DNA of 64,000 nt from Schizochytrium sp. TIO01 (taxonomy: Eukaryota > Protista > Bigyra: Labyrinthulomycetes): positions 2,456,436 through 2,520,435 of the forward strand of contig SMSO01000031.1 of the NCBI GenBank assembly GCA_004764695.1, given 5' to 3'. Below, piece after piece: positions 29,763 through 44,679 of the stretch (the first letter of the stretch is position 1; the number at the start of each line of letters is the position of its first letter). The notes under the pieces were generated by a model that worked only from the letters and a program-made list of their open reading frames with translations, was not told the origin of the DNA and did no database searches. The position numbers were made by a program, and so were the translations under genes.

Positions 29763-31739
29763 TTTTGCCAATCAACAATATAGACTTTTTATACAAAGAA
29801 ACACAACAAACCTAGGCCAGAAAACGTAATACAAGTCACGTGCAAAGCTTTGCAATGAGTTGCAAAGCGATGCTCGAGGCTCGGTGTTTGGGTTTTGGTT
29901 TTGCTTTGCTTGGGATCCAAGCTCGTTTGGGGTCTGCTTCTTCGTGGCCTGCTCTCGATGCCGGCTCATCCTCCATGCTCTTGTATATTCCCTTCCTTCC
30001 TCTTTCTTTCCCTTCTTCCTTGCTAGTTTCTCTCCTTTTTCTTTTTTTTGCGCGTGCAACTGTGTGAAAGCAAGAGAGCCAGGATGAAGCTTCCAAGCTT
30101 CGGTCCTCCCAAATCACACTGGAAACATCTCCAGATACTCAAGATAAATTTGTCCCCTCCGGTTCATTTTTTATTATCTTGAACTTTTCGAATACCAACC
30201 CAACTTCACTGCCTCTCAAAACTTCAGAGTACTATGACTATTAAAAGCTACCTTTCAAACATAAAATAACATATAAAAATTGGCTTGAAGGTACGGCTAT
30301 ACTTTGTCCCCTCTTACAATTGCCTATTTTTTCCACTTTTCTTTAAATTCGAATTGCATTATTTTCATAACTCACAAGAGAACTTCTATTTAGAAAATAT
30401 TAAAATGTATTAATTTTATCTTCCATTCCATTTATGCTGATTTAAATTGTAGTCACAATATGAAAAGTTTTTAAAATAATTTAAATAGTTTAAAGCTATC
30501 ATTAGTAATTGTGATGGTGTTCAAAGAAGTGAATTTTCAGTTGAATAGTATTCTCTCTCTCAACATAGCATTTAATTTTTTTAATCACTCAAAAGCACGT
30601 TGATGGCTGCTTTGACTTCCTATACCTAGTGGAAGAAAGATATGATTTTATAACCTCGACTAATACTTTCAAACCGCTAGCAACGAACACTCACTTAGGA
30701 GCGAGCCATCCATCCAGTATCATCCCTGTTGCTAACCACATTGTTTAAACCAAATCCATCTCCATGGACAGTTCTGTAGTTTCGTTTTATTTTAATTTTA
30801 TACTTCCTTTCTCTGGAGTCTCTCGCTGCGTTCTGTCTATTTTAAGATTTCAAACATCATTCCAACTTTTACTCTCTGCTGATCTATTTTTTTAAGATGG
30901 GAAAACAAAATAGTATTCTTTTAAACTCGTCAACACTTTTATTTAACGCAATATAATTATAAAAGGAAGCAAGGATTGCTCTTTCACCAGATTAATATAT
31001 ATGCACTAAACCGGAAGCAGGGTCTTCATTTCTGGAGACTAAAACAGTCGAAATCGTCAATTAGAAAGTCCACCTCTATTTTATTAATTGAAAATAATTA
31101 TCAAAATTTTATTTTGTTTTAGATAAAGAGGATTATTTTAAAACGTCGTTTAAATGATTTCATTCTTAAAGTTAAGATCTTGCTTACCTTTTGTTTTAAA
31201 GGAAATAAAATAAAACACCAGGCAGAAGTGCTAAGCGGCCGCATTCCTCCGAGCACCTCATCGTCTCCCCGAGGAGGCGCCTCGATTTGGTCATTGTCGC
31301 TTCCCAGGCAGACAGGCTTTCCGTATGAGACGTTAAAGACAGTTCACAATCTAATATGAAGAACCCTGCGGGCAGTTCAAGTCCAAGCCAAGACTTTGTT
31401 CTCCGACAGCAATAATAGAGCAACGGGGTGACCCGCGCTCTGTCTCACGAACGTAATGTAGTTTTTCTTCATTGTTGTAGAGTGTTTGAATGGAGGAGTA
31501 ATTCACTAATTCCTTTGTAAAGCATTTTTCGTTTTGCGCGCGCTCTTATTCAGAGCCAAATTATTATTGCCGCTTTCACACCTTGGCCTGACTTTTTGAA
31601 AGAAAAAGTTTTTCTGCATCGAAGTTTAGAACGCTTCATTTATTTAAGTTTAAAAAAATGGTTTTATTTGTTTTCACAATTTTTTAATCATTTGTTTTTA
31701 ACATTACTTTAATTTAATTCACATGTTTATTTTTAACAC

Positions 31740-34700
31740 GCGGCTTTCAATATTCCAGATGTAGAAAAGCTCCTCGCAGATTTGAAGTACATGGCCAACA
31801 TATAAAGTTGATTATGCTGACATGAGACCGAGCAAATCCACTGATTGAATGAACATACAAATGTAACACCCTTAGATCATATTTGGCAAACATCATCTTA
31901 GAATTTTGTTTGAAAACTATCTGTTCTCTTCAGATATAGAAAGGTGGCCCTTCAATTCAAGTAAAGCTTCCAGACAGTCGTGTACTACAAACAATCTCAC
32001 ATTTTGGTGTGTTGCATGTGAATGATTTGTCAAATCTATTGTTCTTACTTTAAAGCTTCAAGACATACCAATCTCCAGCACGAATGCAGCTGCCTTGAAA
32101 AGAATCAAACTAGAATCAAGGTTGTTAGCTAATTCCGAAGCCAGCTCTGAGAATGCACACTCTTTTACTCGGTTGTTCGCCCACTTGTGCAATAAGCACG
32201 TCTTGGAACGAGATGGAATGTAAGGGAATTTAAGTTTATGTAGGTTATATTTGAGTGAATATGAAATACGACAAAGCATTAAATAACTTTTCTTTCCTAG
32301 CTGCTGGAAAACAATGTGATGGGCCCAATCTGGTTTTCAATTACAGGAGCATGATTACTAATTAAATTATGTGCAGATTAAACTGAGGAAGAGCCTGCTC
32401 ATCCAGCGCATTTGCTCTTGAACTGCATCAATAATTTAAAATAATCTTACTATCACGATTATGTAAACTGACTATCAACTTTGAAAAGGTGTGCACAGAA
32501 TGATGCGAGTAGGCACCATCCATACTCGTAGGAACTCACGAAGCATGATCGTCATGGTAAGTGAGAACCGGCAGATCTTTTCGAAGGTTTAGAAAGTGGA
32601 ATGTAACTTCGAAAAGGACTTTCTTATTTTGAGAACTCTATTTTAATTTAAAACTAAAATAATTCAATTTAATTTTTCCTAAATTGTATTTTTTGTTGAA
32701 AAGTTTTATAATTAATACTTTAAAAGAAAAGAAAATTAAAAGTGCTTAATTTTTACGTAATAAAAACATTTTGCAGTTCCTCTCTTGAGGCACGCATGAC
32801 ATAGCAGTTCAAAAAAACAATATATATATATATTTATTTATTTTTAAAGTTAGTCATTTTCTTCCTTGTTTCTTTAATTACTTTTCGCTCCAACTATTCA
32901 CCTTTTTCAGGTGTCAATGATTTTTGGGTGTCTTGGAAGTAAATTCAAAAAGTGCTTTTTCTCTTTACATCCCATCGAAGAACCAGGTTGCATGCCCCCC
33001 GTTCTTTCTTGCCAGTATTAATAAGACAAAGAGTAGGTACTGTCTATCCCTCTTCCTCTTCTCTTTTGAAATAAAAATAGGAAGTAGGAGAATGTGATTA
33101 TTCTTATTATTCTTTAATTATTGGAATCATTTACACCTGTAAAGCAAGTTACTTTACATAAAATTTTCGAGACGCAGAAGATTTATTTGACAGACTCGGA
33201 GACAGATAAAATTCACACCGATGTGTTTCTGCTTAGCATGAAATTCAGATAATGATGGCGATGATGCTGCTGATGATTGGAATATCAGCCAAGGTCTAAC
33301 ACTCTCATCGAAGGCGGAAGGAATGTTCTCGTTGTTGGCGATAGTTCATGATGCAAACGATGCAGAAAGCCTCTCTTCCGCAAGTCCTCGTTCTTTCCGT
33401 GCCCAACATAAACCTTGTTCTTCCTTCTCGAGGACTACACTCTCTGCTGCTGTTTCAAGTGGTTTCGGGACAAATAGCATGAGAAGGACGCTGACGAGGC
33501 TCTCACAGCAATTGCTTTATTTCCGTTCCGCGTGAAATCTCAAAATAGAAGTAGAAGAAGAAGAAGAAGAAGAAGAAGAAGTGGGTGTCTCATTTTTGAA
33601 AAGAATACTTTACCTATTTACACTACATAAGATACCCTAAACACTACAATAGCATTGCTTACTCTATTCGTAACTAGCGCCTAATACTACTAATGGCCCG
33701 CAAAGTCAAGATCACAATTATTACCACGCGCAGGAACTGAGTAACCCGTTTTCGTCTTCGCAGGAACAGCCATACTCTTCAAAGAAGGCTAGCTGGCGAG
33801 CGAGCGAGAGAGATAACCAGGTCAACATTCGCAACCGCTTCAAAAAGAGCTGCTTCGTCCCGTCTAGAACAGCTTCGGACGCCCTTCCTGAGGGAACTCG
33901 AAAGTTTTTGCTCTTTCTTAGCCTACTTTGCCGACCCGATAGTTGCTATGCATCAGGAATAGCTTGCTACACCAGCTGTTAGTCTATTCTTTAGCAGACC
34001 ATGTTCTTCTCATGTTGCTAGGATTTGTTGCTACCTGGCACTGACTATCCAGCCACCTCTGTGTTTTTCTTATTTCTGCATTATTGCTTCGAGAATGATG
34101 ATTGCGATTGTGAAGAGCGCCCCTGGCGAATGAATTATTCTCAGTGTTCATCATTCTCATCATGGGATGATGGTCTTCTGGACATGACTTCGAGGCTTTC
34201 AGATGGAAACTTAGAGCACTACAAGTTTGGCTCCCAACACTACCACCGAGAATAAGCGGAATACTTAGAAAAGCAAAGAACACGAAGAAAGCGCAGGTGG
34301 GTGGGCCCGTTTATGAAATTTTGGACCTTTTAAAAGACATGTAATCTCCAAGAAGAAGGCCAGGAACAGGAAGGTAATAGGGTATCTTGCTGCTCCGCTT
34401 CCTTCTGCTCAACCTTCAAACTTCGACACCCGCGTCGACGGCGGTCAACAGATACAAGAGGCTGGGAGTCGATGTCTCGTGCTGCTAAAAAATGGCACCA
34501 TCAACAGGAACTACAATTTCTGAGACCATTTTTTGATCGCAGCATGATGTTTACTGTTACCTACTAGTACTACTAGCCACAACGAAATAAGAAGTAGCAA
34601 GAATGTACTGATACTCGTACTTTTCAAGTTCTTCTGTTCCCAAAATGGCAGTTCACCTAGTTGGAACATGATTCTCGCTGGTTCTAGAGCAGGATCTTTT

Positions 34701-37520
34701 GGGGCCTTTTGGATTTATAACAGACAGTTCAAATCCGCGATATGTAATAGGTTGAAGAGATTGATACTCCATACATAAATTATACAGGTAATACATGACG
34801 CTTTTTTTTTTTAATTTTCTAATGTAAGAACAACAATTTGCGCAGGCTTGAGAAGCGCGACCTTTAAAACCCAAGATCATGTCGTAGTTACTATATCTTC
34901 CCCACTCGATTTCCTTTAGCCAGGTTGGTATCAGAAATACGTTGAGTCTCAGATTTTCCCAATTGCTTGATTCCTAAACAATTAAACCTGTCCACTTCAC
35001 TTCAAGAAGTTTTGCGAAAATGCCACCCAAGGTCATGCTCCTAGGTACTTGCAGATACCAGATGTCGCAGAATAGACTGGACCTGTTTGTATTTATGCGT
35101 GCAGGACTCCGAGTCGAGTCTCTTTTCGGAATAACAAATGTAATCTAGCTGGTAGCGATAAAAGAACCAAGAAAGTAAACACCGAGTAGCAGCTACCTGA
35201 ACGAGATGAAGAATCCCGCAATTGCCGGATCGTGACTCTCGTGCAGGAGGAGCCCAGTATTATCTTATGAATATAATGAATAAAGGAATGAAGGAATGAA
35301 TCGCTACGTCCTTGCTCCTCAAATTCTTCAACGCCGTAACTAGGTAATATACAGCATACTTTGAGCCAATAGTCTGGTCTGTATAGATGTGTTTTCCTTG
35401 CAGGAAGTGCGCCGTAGGCTACTAAAGGCCACTAGATCAGATAACGAAATGTGAGGAGCTGGGAAATTAAAACTGAAGCATACTGTCTGTTTCGCTGCTG
35501 TTTCTTCACCATGAGTTACTCTGAGCTGCGCACAAGTGCGGCGAAGTTACTGCTGCGCGTTCCGCTGGACTCTTGGCTGGCTAGCGCTCTGGCTGGCAGC
35601 CCCTTCGTCAATGCTTGACGATCCTCATTCATATTGAAGTTCTAACTTTTGGTTAATCGCTTGTCGAGCATAAATTTACAACAAGAACAACATTTTTGAA
35701 TAAACATTTACCCAGATTTTAGATATTTCTTTTCGGGACAGGCAACACCGCTGCATTTGAAGCTCTCCGGAAGTCCTCTTTCCTCACAAACAAGCTATTC
35801 ATTCATCGTAAACATTGTCCAGCTCTTCAAGTCGATTTTACTCATTCTTTTTATTTCATTTTTGCTTTCCTTTCAAGAAGCCAAAGTCAGCACCATGTAC
35901 TGGGACGGCCGACATCAGTCCTGTTACTGCTACTGTTTCCAGTAAAAACTACTATTACAACCGATGTAAGCGTAGAACGCCACGGAGGGCCCCCTAGCGA
36001 AAACCCTAGCGGAGGCGTGGTCTGGTGATGGACTTGTGCCGATGGAGGAGGCTCCTAAGCGAGCTGAGTGGTCTCATCCGTGACTGAGGGCAGACTCTCT
36101 GCAAACCGCTCGTTTCCCTTCTTCACGATCTGCGTGTGAGTAAGTCTAAAGCGAAGTGAGAGACCGACTGACTGGCTGAGTGCGTGAGTTAGATGTTGCC
36201 GGCCTGCTCTGAAAGCCAAACCTGTTTGCACGATTAGTTTGCGCAGAGAAAGGAATCAGGCGGAAGCTCGTCAACAGGACAACGTGCCGGCCTTGATTTG
36301 CTGCTCAAGGTCTTTCAATTCTGCAAAATGGGATTTTTTACAAAATTAAAAAAATTAATTAAAATCAAAACAGAAAAGGGAAAAAAAAAAAGAAGTTGGC
36401 TTTCGGTTAGAACTAAAGGAGGACCAGGAGAAGAAATAAAAATCGAACTTGATCACAGAACTATGGCAAAGATCCATAGATACAGCGGCTCGATCGAAGT
36501 TGACGGGCCTGGACGCTCGAACGCCTTTAAAAGCTAAACCGATAGCGTTGAGTAATATCAAGAAAACATGAAGCTGCGGTCGAATATTTAGGTGTCATTA
36601 ATCCAGCAGAAAGACTGAATGCTTTAGATATGACTCAAGACATTATTCTGCGTGGAAACCACAGTCGTGTCAGCATCGATCCGTTGCATGATATCTTCTC
36701 TGGACCACTTTCCTCTCATGACAGAAGGGGAATGCCTCAGAATACAAAATCATTTGATTCAAGTTCTTGAACCAACACGGATCATCGTTGTGTTTACACG
36801 AGTTGTACATGACTTGATTCATATGCAAGGGTCGAATGAAATCGAAGACACGGCAACATGAGCCAAGGACAGATTTCAACCTGTGATTGAGTTGTCTTGA
36901 TTATCTTGAAGTTCATTTAAATTCTGTATCTGGGATTGATTGCAATAAATTCGAGCTGGGCGACGAAACTGATGGTTTCTGAAGGTCATACTTGTTTTCA
37001 GGCAACGATGATTGTGGCTCGATCTGTCGGGAACTAGTCTGAGTGATTCGAATCTCCTTTTGTTCAAACTATCAAATAATAGAAATAATAGATGTTGATG
37101 ATTTGTATCTTTTGCAGCACAAATTGACTAGGGTCATACAATCGATAGGTTTTGTGCCAGAAAGAGAAACCGTCACTCGTATGTGTTCAATATTCATTCC
37201 AAAACTTCTTTTCAGCTCAAATAAGGTCGCAACAGCAAAAGTCTATTGCCGTGTAGCATTCCATCCAATGTGAACCAATTCCACAAACCTTAACGTAGCG
37301 ATACTCCGCAAATCATTGAAATTGATTCTGCTAATTCATTTTCCAATATCGCGCATCGAGTACATTTTGTGCGCCAAAATATTCAAACAATATATAGGTC
37401 CAGGCCCACCTCAACTCAGACTGTGCTCTATTCGGTTACGCTTGATCTATGATATCATTCCAAAGCACCACAGAACTCTATCTCATTACCTTGAAGATTG
37501 ATCATGATGATCAAACGATT
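31740..37520 (-). pseudogene. Discontinuous decayed LRR relics (tiles ~31740-32600, 34650-35200, 36650-37520), with TPR-like tiles between them
   Basis: INLQGNEIE and DLRSIATLRFVELVHIGWN (37260-37500); IQNLNELQ..DNSITG; GIFAKLLEVKW/FRNQ and FSSLRKLLFLH (34830-35030); AHNLIS, ENQI, ANNRVKECAFSEL, VRTIDLT, QHNQL (31800-32380). Confidence 0.55.
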
Positions 37521-38199
37521 CTTTCTCCTGATATTACATATATATAACGAAATGAAAGTAGGTACTTCTGGGTCTTTCTTTATCTTTCCCCTTTTTTTAA
37601 TGAAATAAATGTTTTCTGTTTTTCTACATATACTTTTTGAATTAAAATTTAAAAAATAAAATAAAAAATCTGTAGAAAGTAGGCTTGCATACAATAGTGG
37701 CTTCCCATTTCTCCCGGGCATAGTAACGAACTGCCTCATCTGAAAGAACCTGCAGGCACAGCGCTGCTTGACACGGCACAGGCAGCCGGTGCAAGCCACC
37801 CTGCCAAATCAACCAAAATCAGCTGCAACAATAACGCCAAGTTCTCAAGGCGCCCGCTAATTCCATCTTGAAACAAGTTGTAACAACCAACAAACAAACT
37901 GCTCTTCGCAGCAGGTAGATAGATAGATAGATAGATAGATAGACAGGTAGACTTGGCTTCTTCGAGGAACCTACGTCTCTCTACGTACCTGAGTAGCACT
38001 GTTTTTCAAATTTCAATCAATTCCGTCACCGAGCAAATCGAAAAGCCAACCAACTGACGAGCTGACTAACTACTGTTGACAGTGCGGCCGACTATTGACT
38101 CCATCGATCGGTCTGTCTGTCTGTCTGTCCACTAAGGCGCTAGCTTGGAAGGAGAGAGAGAGTTCATCTAAACATAGGTAGAAGAAGGCAAAAGCCTCT

Positions 38200-38652
38200 G
38201 GTACTTGAGCCATCGACTTGGAAGGAAGTCTTGTTGACCCAAACAGGACTGCAAGATCAAGACTTTCCGGAAAAGATCAAAAGTTTTGGCGAAGAAATGC
38301 TCTGCGGACACGTTCGCCCATCTGCTGGAGCCCGCGATGGTGTTCGCCTTCGTTCCACGGCACGCGAGGAGCCAGATCCACGGTGGGATCTCCTCCGCGG
38401 AGACGCCCGAGAGGCTTGGCGACCCTAGTTAGCAATGAAAAGAAGAGGGAGGGAAAGGGCCCTTCATTCATTCTCCCTCACGATTCTCCTCTGAGTCTGA
38501 TTTTTCCCACATTCGTGAGAGAACTCGAAATCGAAATGGAGAAATAAATCAATAAAACAAAACAAAAAACAGTCCGAGGCGCTTCTTCTTTCCTGAGGCG
38601 ATCCTGCTCTCAGCTGCGGCTGCTTTCGTCATCGCATCGAGAGAACGCCACC

Positions 38653-38687
<35 letters not shown>

Positions 38688-41600
38688 GCAGAGAGAACGG
38701 CCCTCCGTCGCATCACTGTCGATGCGGTGCGATTTTTCGTCTTTGAAAGCCTTTCCTGAAAACATTCTCTAATTCGAAAAGTCTCTTAGGCCTGATCAGT
38801 TCAGAGGAAGACAGAGAGAGACACTACAGAGAGTGAGCGGCAGAAAGCCTCCCCTCACACGCTTCGCGCAAGGTCCTGGCGGCGTCGAAGCTGTCGCAAG
38901 CTCGTCGCGGAAGCCGCTCCACAGGCACTTCAGCGCGCGCTTCAGCTCCTGCTACATTCTCTCGAGCTCTTTCAAGCTCGGCTGAAGGATCTTCGCCGAA
39001 GGTGGCCCTCATCCATCTTTAACTCGAGTCAAAACAACCACTCAACGCGTCTCATCCAAAGAGAAACTCCTTCAAACCCCACGAGACAACAAGGATGAAG
39101 GATGTTTTATGCATTTCGTTGTCATTTTTACATTTTTACTTTATTCGATGTTTTGAATTGAAAACGAATTGACTTAATGGACTCCTCAGTGTTAGTAGTG
39201 ACACTACTAGCAACAGCAGCACTGTTTGAGATGACATCATATAGTGAGGGTAAAGTTATTGACGTTTTTCTTTCTTTCTTCGTTTCCAAAAGGTGGAGGT
39301 ACGTCGGTTTTGGAGCTGCCAAGTAGCAGCAATAAGTGCTTGCGGTGGCGGCACCTTCTATGAGGTGCTAGCCTCGCAAGGGCTCCACGATGCCGGCCAT
39401 TTTCATTCTTCCCAACGGCCACAGCGGCTGGAAGAGGGCCTGCTGGGTGCGGCAATGCAGCCATGCGATCGGCCTGACCTACATAGGCGACGAGGCTTTT
39501 ATCGAAGGTTTCGCAAGTTGCGCATGAATAAGAACTATTTCTTTATTTGTTTCACACATAAGAAGTACAAAAATGCCTACCTAATACATAAATACATATA
39601 AACAAACAAACAAACAAACAAAAGTAGGAAGAGGAGAGTAATCAATCCTAATGTCTTTCTTCTTTCTTTCTCACATTCTCTCTGTCTTGGCAGAGGAGAT
39701 GTCAAGTTCTTCGAAGAGTTCTTTCTGAGAGATCGTCCCGCCGTGATGGGAGCAAGTAGCTAGCGGGTATTTGATGGCTCAGCACTCCAAGTGGGGCAAA
39801 ACAGAGAAAGAGACCGCGCGTGGGCCGTGTTTTTCTCTTTCCTCCTTTTCGCCATGCTCGAACTACCATACATGCAAAATTATGTTTGAACTTTAAAAGA
39901 AATGGACCAAGCACCGATGAGAGACGTTCATCCTCAAAAAATAATAAAAAGAAGAAAACTATCCTCAGGGTCTTCCTGGACATAAGAAGCCTCAGTCACA
40001 TTGTTGCGCTCGGCTTAGAGGAGCAATACTTGATTATTTTGATTACGACGATGGCTTGAAGCACATGGCATGAAGGGAAAGATTACGAAGGAGGAGACAA
40101 GCACAAGCACCGACAGCAGCTTCAATTTGGCAAGAAAACAAATGAATTCGTAGGTACGAATTTAGGCAGGCTGGCTTATTTTCCATGTCGTCGATCCTGT
40201 GATGATCTTCCTTCTGCATTTCTGACTCTCCGCTCTACAAAAGTTCATTTCTTTTTTCTTTTTTCTTTTTTTCTAAATAAGAAGACAAAGAGAGGCAAAT
40301 TTGATAAAACCCATTCTTCAAGTTTTTGCCCAAGCTCCTAAGTAAACATTTTTGTTATCGAGAAAGAATGAAGTCTCAAAAGTTTCATTTGCTTTTTACT
40401 TCAATCATTTGCCTTCTCCTTTTTTAGAGTTAAAATAGTTTTTAGACAGCTTTCTTTCACACCGCCGCCGCTGCGGCTGCCTTGATTGACCTTAATCCAA
40501 CTCACTGATTCATGGCCTTTACTTCTCACCTAGGTAGCGAGGCGACTAATAGCTCTTATTACGGCTATAGTACTTGCTAGAAGGATTAGGGATAGTTTTT
40601 CTCATACACACTTTATATATATATTTGTTTTTAATGCAGCACTAGCACTGAAAGAGTTACAACTATGAGTTTCTCCTATATCTTGTTTTTTCAAAATCTA
40701 AGACAGAGACAGATCGCGCGAAGGTGGTCCGTCAGCTTTTGAATAGTGAGAGGTTTCGAAGTCTATACTTTTAAAAATAGTGCAGCGATAGGGAAAGTGG
40801 GAGGCAATAACGCGTGTTTTATTTATAAGTTTTCTCTTTCTGTTTAGTCGATGCTGCTGCTTTGGTCTTTTGAGGCCGCGAGGCTTTGAACAGACAACTT
40901 GTCGATGCAGAGATTGGCATCAGCAGTACAAGTTGTTATACTGAGAGGGTGCGCTTCCCATATATCATATGAGAAAGAACTAAGCTCGAGTCTCACGACA
41001 GTACCCACTGGATTGTGACCCTTACTTGCCCCTTCATAGAACACAGAAGACACTATTCCAATCTTCATCAATTATGGCGCTACTTTTTGTTTAACATTTT
41101 GTTTTATTTAATTCACTTTCAAGAATGAGAGATCTCATCCTTTTTTTGTTTTTCTTAAAACTAAAATTAAAAGTACAATGTTTTTTAAATCGTTTATCAT
41201 CATTTTTGTTTTGCCTTTTAAAAATCCATTTGCAAGCGCCTCTTTTCACCCTTGTGAGCTTTTAATTATTCTATGATATATTTTTAATTTTGAAAATGAG
41301 CTCTTTCTTTCTCTACTTTCATTTTATCTGTATTATAGTTCCGCATTTGTTTTTTCCTGAAAACATGTTCTGTTGAATGTAAAATTGAGACTGTGTTCCA
41401 CATAAACGCCGAGTGTGCTGTTCTCCATAGTAATCAGCATGTAGAACCGGCGAGGACCAGCAACTCACACGCGGCGGCATCGGCGCCTTGCTCGACCTCA
41501 AGCGTGCCTCCAAGAGGAAGGAAAGGCAGCTTGAGAGTGATTTTGAGTTGTTTCTTCAGATCCAACTCCAAGAAAAGCCCCAAGTCTAGCCCCAGTTCAT

Positions 41601-42090
41601 GTTTGTCGCCTGTCTCCTGTTCGCTCCTCAAGAGTCTCTTTTCCTAAGATCGGCCATTTCGTGATTTCATGATCGCGATGAGAAAGAAACCGCGGCAATA
41701 AATAAATGTTGCCAGAAATGAAGAATAAGCAGGTACACAAAGAGCAGTATAGAGCGCACGCTCGAAGCGGCTTCATGTTACTCGAGTTCTTTTCTCGCAG
41801 TTGAATCGATTCCCTTCTTCCTGATGTCATATACTACACAGAAGTCACAGCGAAGTGTCGCTATGGCTTTTAACAAATAAGGTAGTCAGATCCTGAGTGT
41901 TCCTTCAAGCGGCCCAAAGAGAATCAACAGTAAGAGCAAAAATCAGCAGCTGCCATGATTGTAAAAAGCCGGGCCGGGCCTGCTCGTCTACACTAGGTTT
42001 CGACAGCAAGCCGCTTCGTCGCGAGGAGCGCCAGAAGTAAGCATCGCCGCCCAGCCGTTCCCGTGCAAGCTTTGAATGTAAGCACACTTG
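38200..42090 (-). pseudogene. Decayed TPR tiles (mostly minus strand; 38200-38430 on plus)
   Basis: MRATFGEDP..RARENVA..LREACEGR (38824-39012), LLGSSKTDV, WEAHPLSITT..ANL (40844-41071), ESIQLREKN, RERLGGD..EQARP..QSWQL..AL (41905-42087). Confidence 0.5.
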
Positions 42091-42259
42091 ACGTCACTTA
42101 AACTCTGTTCCGGAGTCTACTATCTGTCCCTTTCACACAACGCAACTCCTTTTTCTTCTTCTTTTTCTTTTTCTTTATTCATTTGAATTGAGAGGGGATC
42201 GATCACTTTAACCCTCACAGGAAAACTTGAAACACACAAGATGAGCACCACAGAAAGAC

Positions 42260-44260
42260 AGAGAGAGCATTGGATGAACGAATGATTGAAGAAATTGATA
42301 CTGTCGATCTGTGTAGTGCACTTTTTGAAATGAGAATGTTCAACTTGAAGATGGACGAAATAGACAGGTGTCTATTTCAAGAGATCTTCGCCTCACTTTA
42401 CTTGAGGCTTCGAAACCAGGGAAAGAAAAAATTGAATTGCTCACACGGGCATGGACCAGCACCTCCGGAGCACGCGATTTGTTGGGCATCTTTTTGAAGG
42501 GCCAAACCTGGTTTTAATCTTAATGCTGTGTCCGGATTGCGCCACATGGTGGCAGGAACAAGGTAAACTTGCCTTGCGAAAGTCACTGTTACCTTCGTTA
42601 TTGGGCGGCGCAAATCTCTACATCGGCTAGGGTTTTTTAATTTTTAATGCTCATTCATTTTTATTAAAAAAACGCATTTTCAGTCTACATGGAATGGAAC
42701 AATATATTTCAAGTTTTCGGGGCAAGCGTTCCAAGGACTGACTCTGTCTCACGAGCTATTCAAAGGGACAATCATAAACCAAAAGAAACAGGTAGCGTGA
42801 ATTTCGATTTTTTGACAATAGTCCACCAAGCTTTGAGGACTTTATCTTCTCCTTTTTTTTACTTTTTTTTTTTTTTAAATTAAGAAACAAAGAAACAAAA
42901 TCATATAGTACAATTTTATTTATTTTTTTCGAATTTTTTTATTTTTAAAATATTAGGCATTGCAAATTAATCGAAAGAACAGATGATGAGTTGAGTACCG
43001 AAATGAAGTAGTAAGAAGACAGTGTGCACTTATCTCGTTCGAAATGCTACCTACTAATATGCAAATCAGCCACCACCGCTGCAGCGACAACCCTGAAAAG
43101 GAGCTTCAGGCCTCTAGCCGCACATTCAATCAAAATGAACTATAGAGAACGAAAGCAACGTAGTCTCTCACCAGAGTTCATGCTTATAAGTATAAGTATC
43201 TATAGAAGCCTTGTATATCCAGGAACGACATGGTATTACAGGATGATGGCTCACAAAGGAAAGTCACGCATCCCTTTGTACAACACTTTTGGTTGATTGA
43301 CTGCTCTTAAGTGCTACTAATTAGACTGAAAAGCCCTCTTTCGACAAAAGACCATGTGGATTGTAACTTTTAATAGGGAAGAACTGCAAGAACGAAAGAT
43401 CGGAGGAAAATAGGTAATACATAATTCTATAGAAACTGCAGAGCTTCTTTTCCAAATTTTGAATTATAGGAAACAAGAGATTGATTACACAATCCTAGAT
43501 CAATTATGATATCTTTCTACACTGCAATCGGTTGAAGAAGTAGACGCGTTCAAAGCCACAAGCGTAAACACGTATACACACGATCCTAGCTATACTTTTC
43601 TTCAGCCTGGCTCAAACTTGATCACGACATTCGCAGGTTTTCTGCACCTCGTTCTCTAGATCAGCATGCATTTGCAAGAAACTCCAATCACAACGTTAAG
43701 ATTTCTATAACATGAAAAATTATGGGGGGGGGAATACGTATGTACGTACTACTGGCGAAAGGGTGCACACGGTACTCGTCAGCACCTTCAGCACCAATGA
43801 AAAGGGAATAATTTTTGAGCACGTCAAGAAAGTAGAGCCATAATCATGTTGAGATTTTGACTTCACATGTTTCAATCTCAGGCACTCGAAATGCAGTGAA
43901 AAAAGATTACTACTGTGTTTGCATATGGAACTTACTAAACTCCAATTTACATTTTACAGGATGATCACAATGCTAAATAAAACTCACATATCACCACGCA
44001 TGAGTCTTTGAGATGAAAACACACGTGCAGCCAAGCGCCAAGAGCAGATTGACCCTGCTGTAAGCTAACCAGGCTGAGCGAGTCACGGGATAAAGATCAC
44101 TGGACAGAGACAGCCACCCTCGCTTTAAGATACTTGGAGTTCTAGATTGCTCGAAAGAATTTATTGCTCAAGTCAAGAATTTCCAAGTCAGTCCTGCAGC
44201 AAAGACCCATAGTAAAGAACTAAAGATGGAATATGGATTATTTATGTCCAGTCAGATCAG
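42260..44260 (+). pseudogene. Decayed typical-class LRR relic
   Basis: IEEIDTVD..MRMFNLKM..EIFASL, MEWNNIFQV, TFG*LTALK (~43285), HNSIET, IFLHCNRLKK/DAFK, LDQHAF, SHNHVEILTSHV (~43836), LTKLQF, VLDCSK. Confidence 0.6.
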
Positions 44261-44679
44261 AAGCATCAATTGCGACAAAGGAACAAAATATGCAGGAGCA
44301 GCCCACCTTGGCCCAGCTATAGTGAGGCGAGAACTTCAGCTCCCCGCTCTGTTGCATTGGAATCCTCAGTCTTGAGAAGTAGACGAACGGCAGTTCGATA
44401 AATGGAAACGCAGTTACTGTATAATTTCGCAAAATTGGGAAAGGAACTATCACGGCGATTGCATACATATTTTTCAAAACCAAGCAGGGATCCCATTTTA
44501 TATCAGCATTTTGGGATTTCTGGTTTCTGTTAATAAATATTGTAACTCTAAAGAAGCGCCCTTGTTCTTCTTCAGCCTCTTCTTTTTCTTTTTCTTTTTC
44601 TTTTTCTTTTTTTCTTTTAAAGTCAACATTTTCTAAAAACGTTATTTAATTATAATTCATAATTTGTATAATAAAGGGT

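Noticed and set aside
29763-29771. ORF-track start at TTG (MAK...) for BCCT paralog 2
   Set aside because: Eukaryotic context; an in-frame ATG lies three codons downstream with an A-rich leader.
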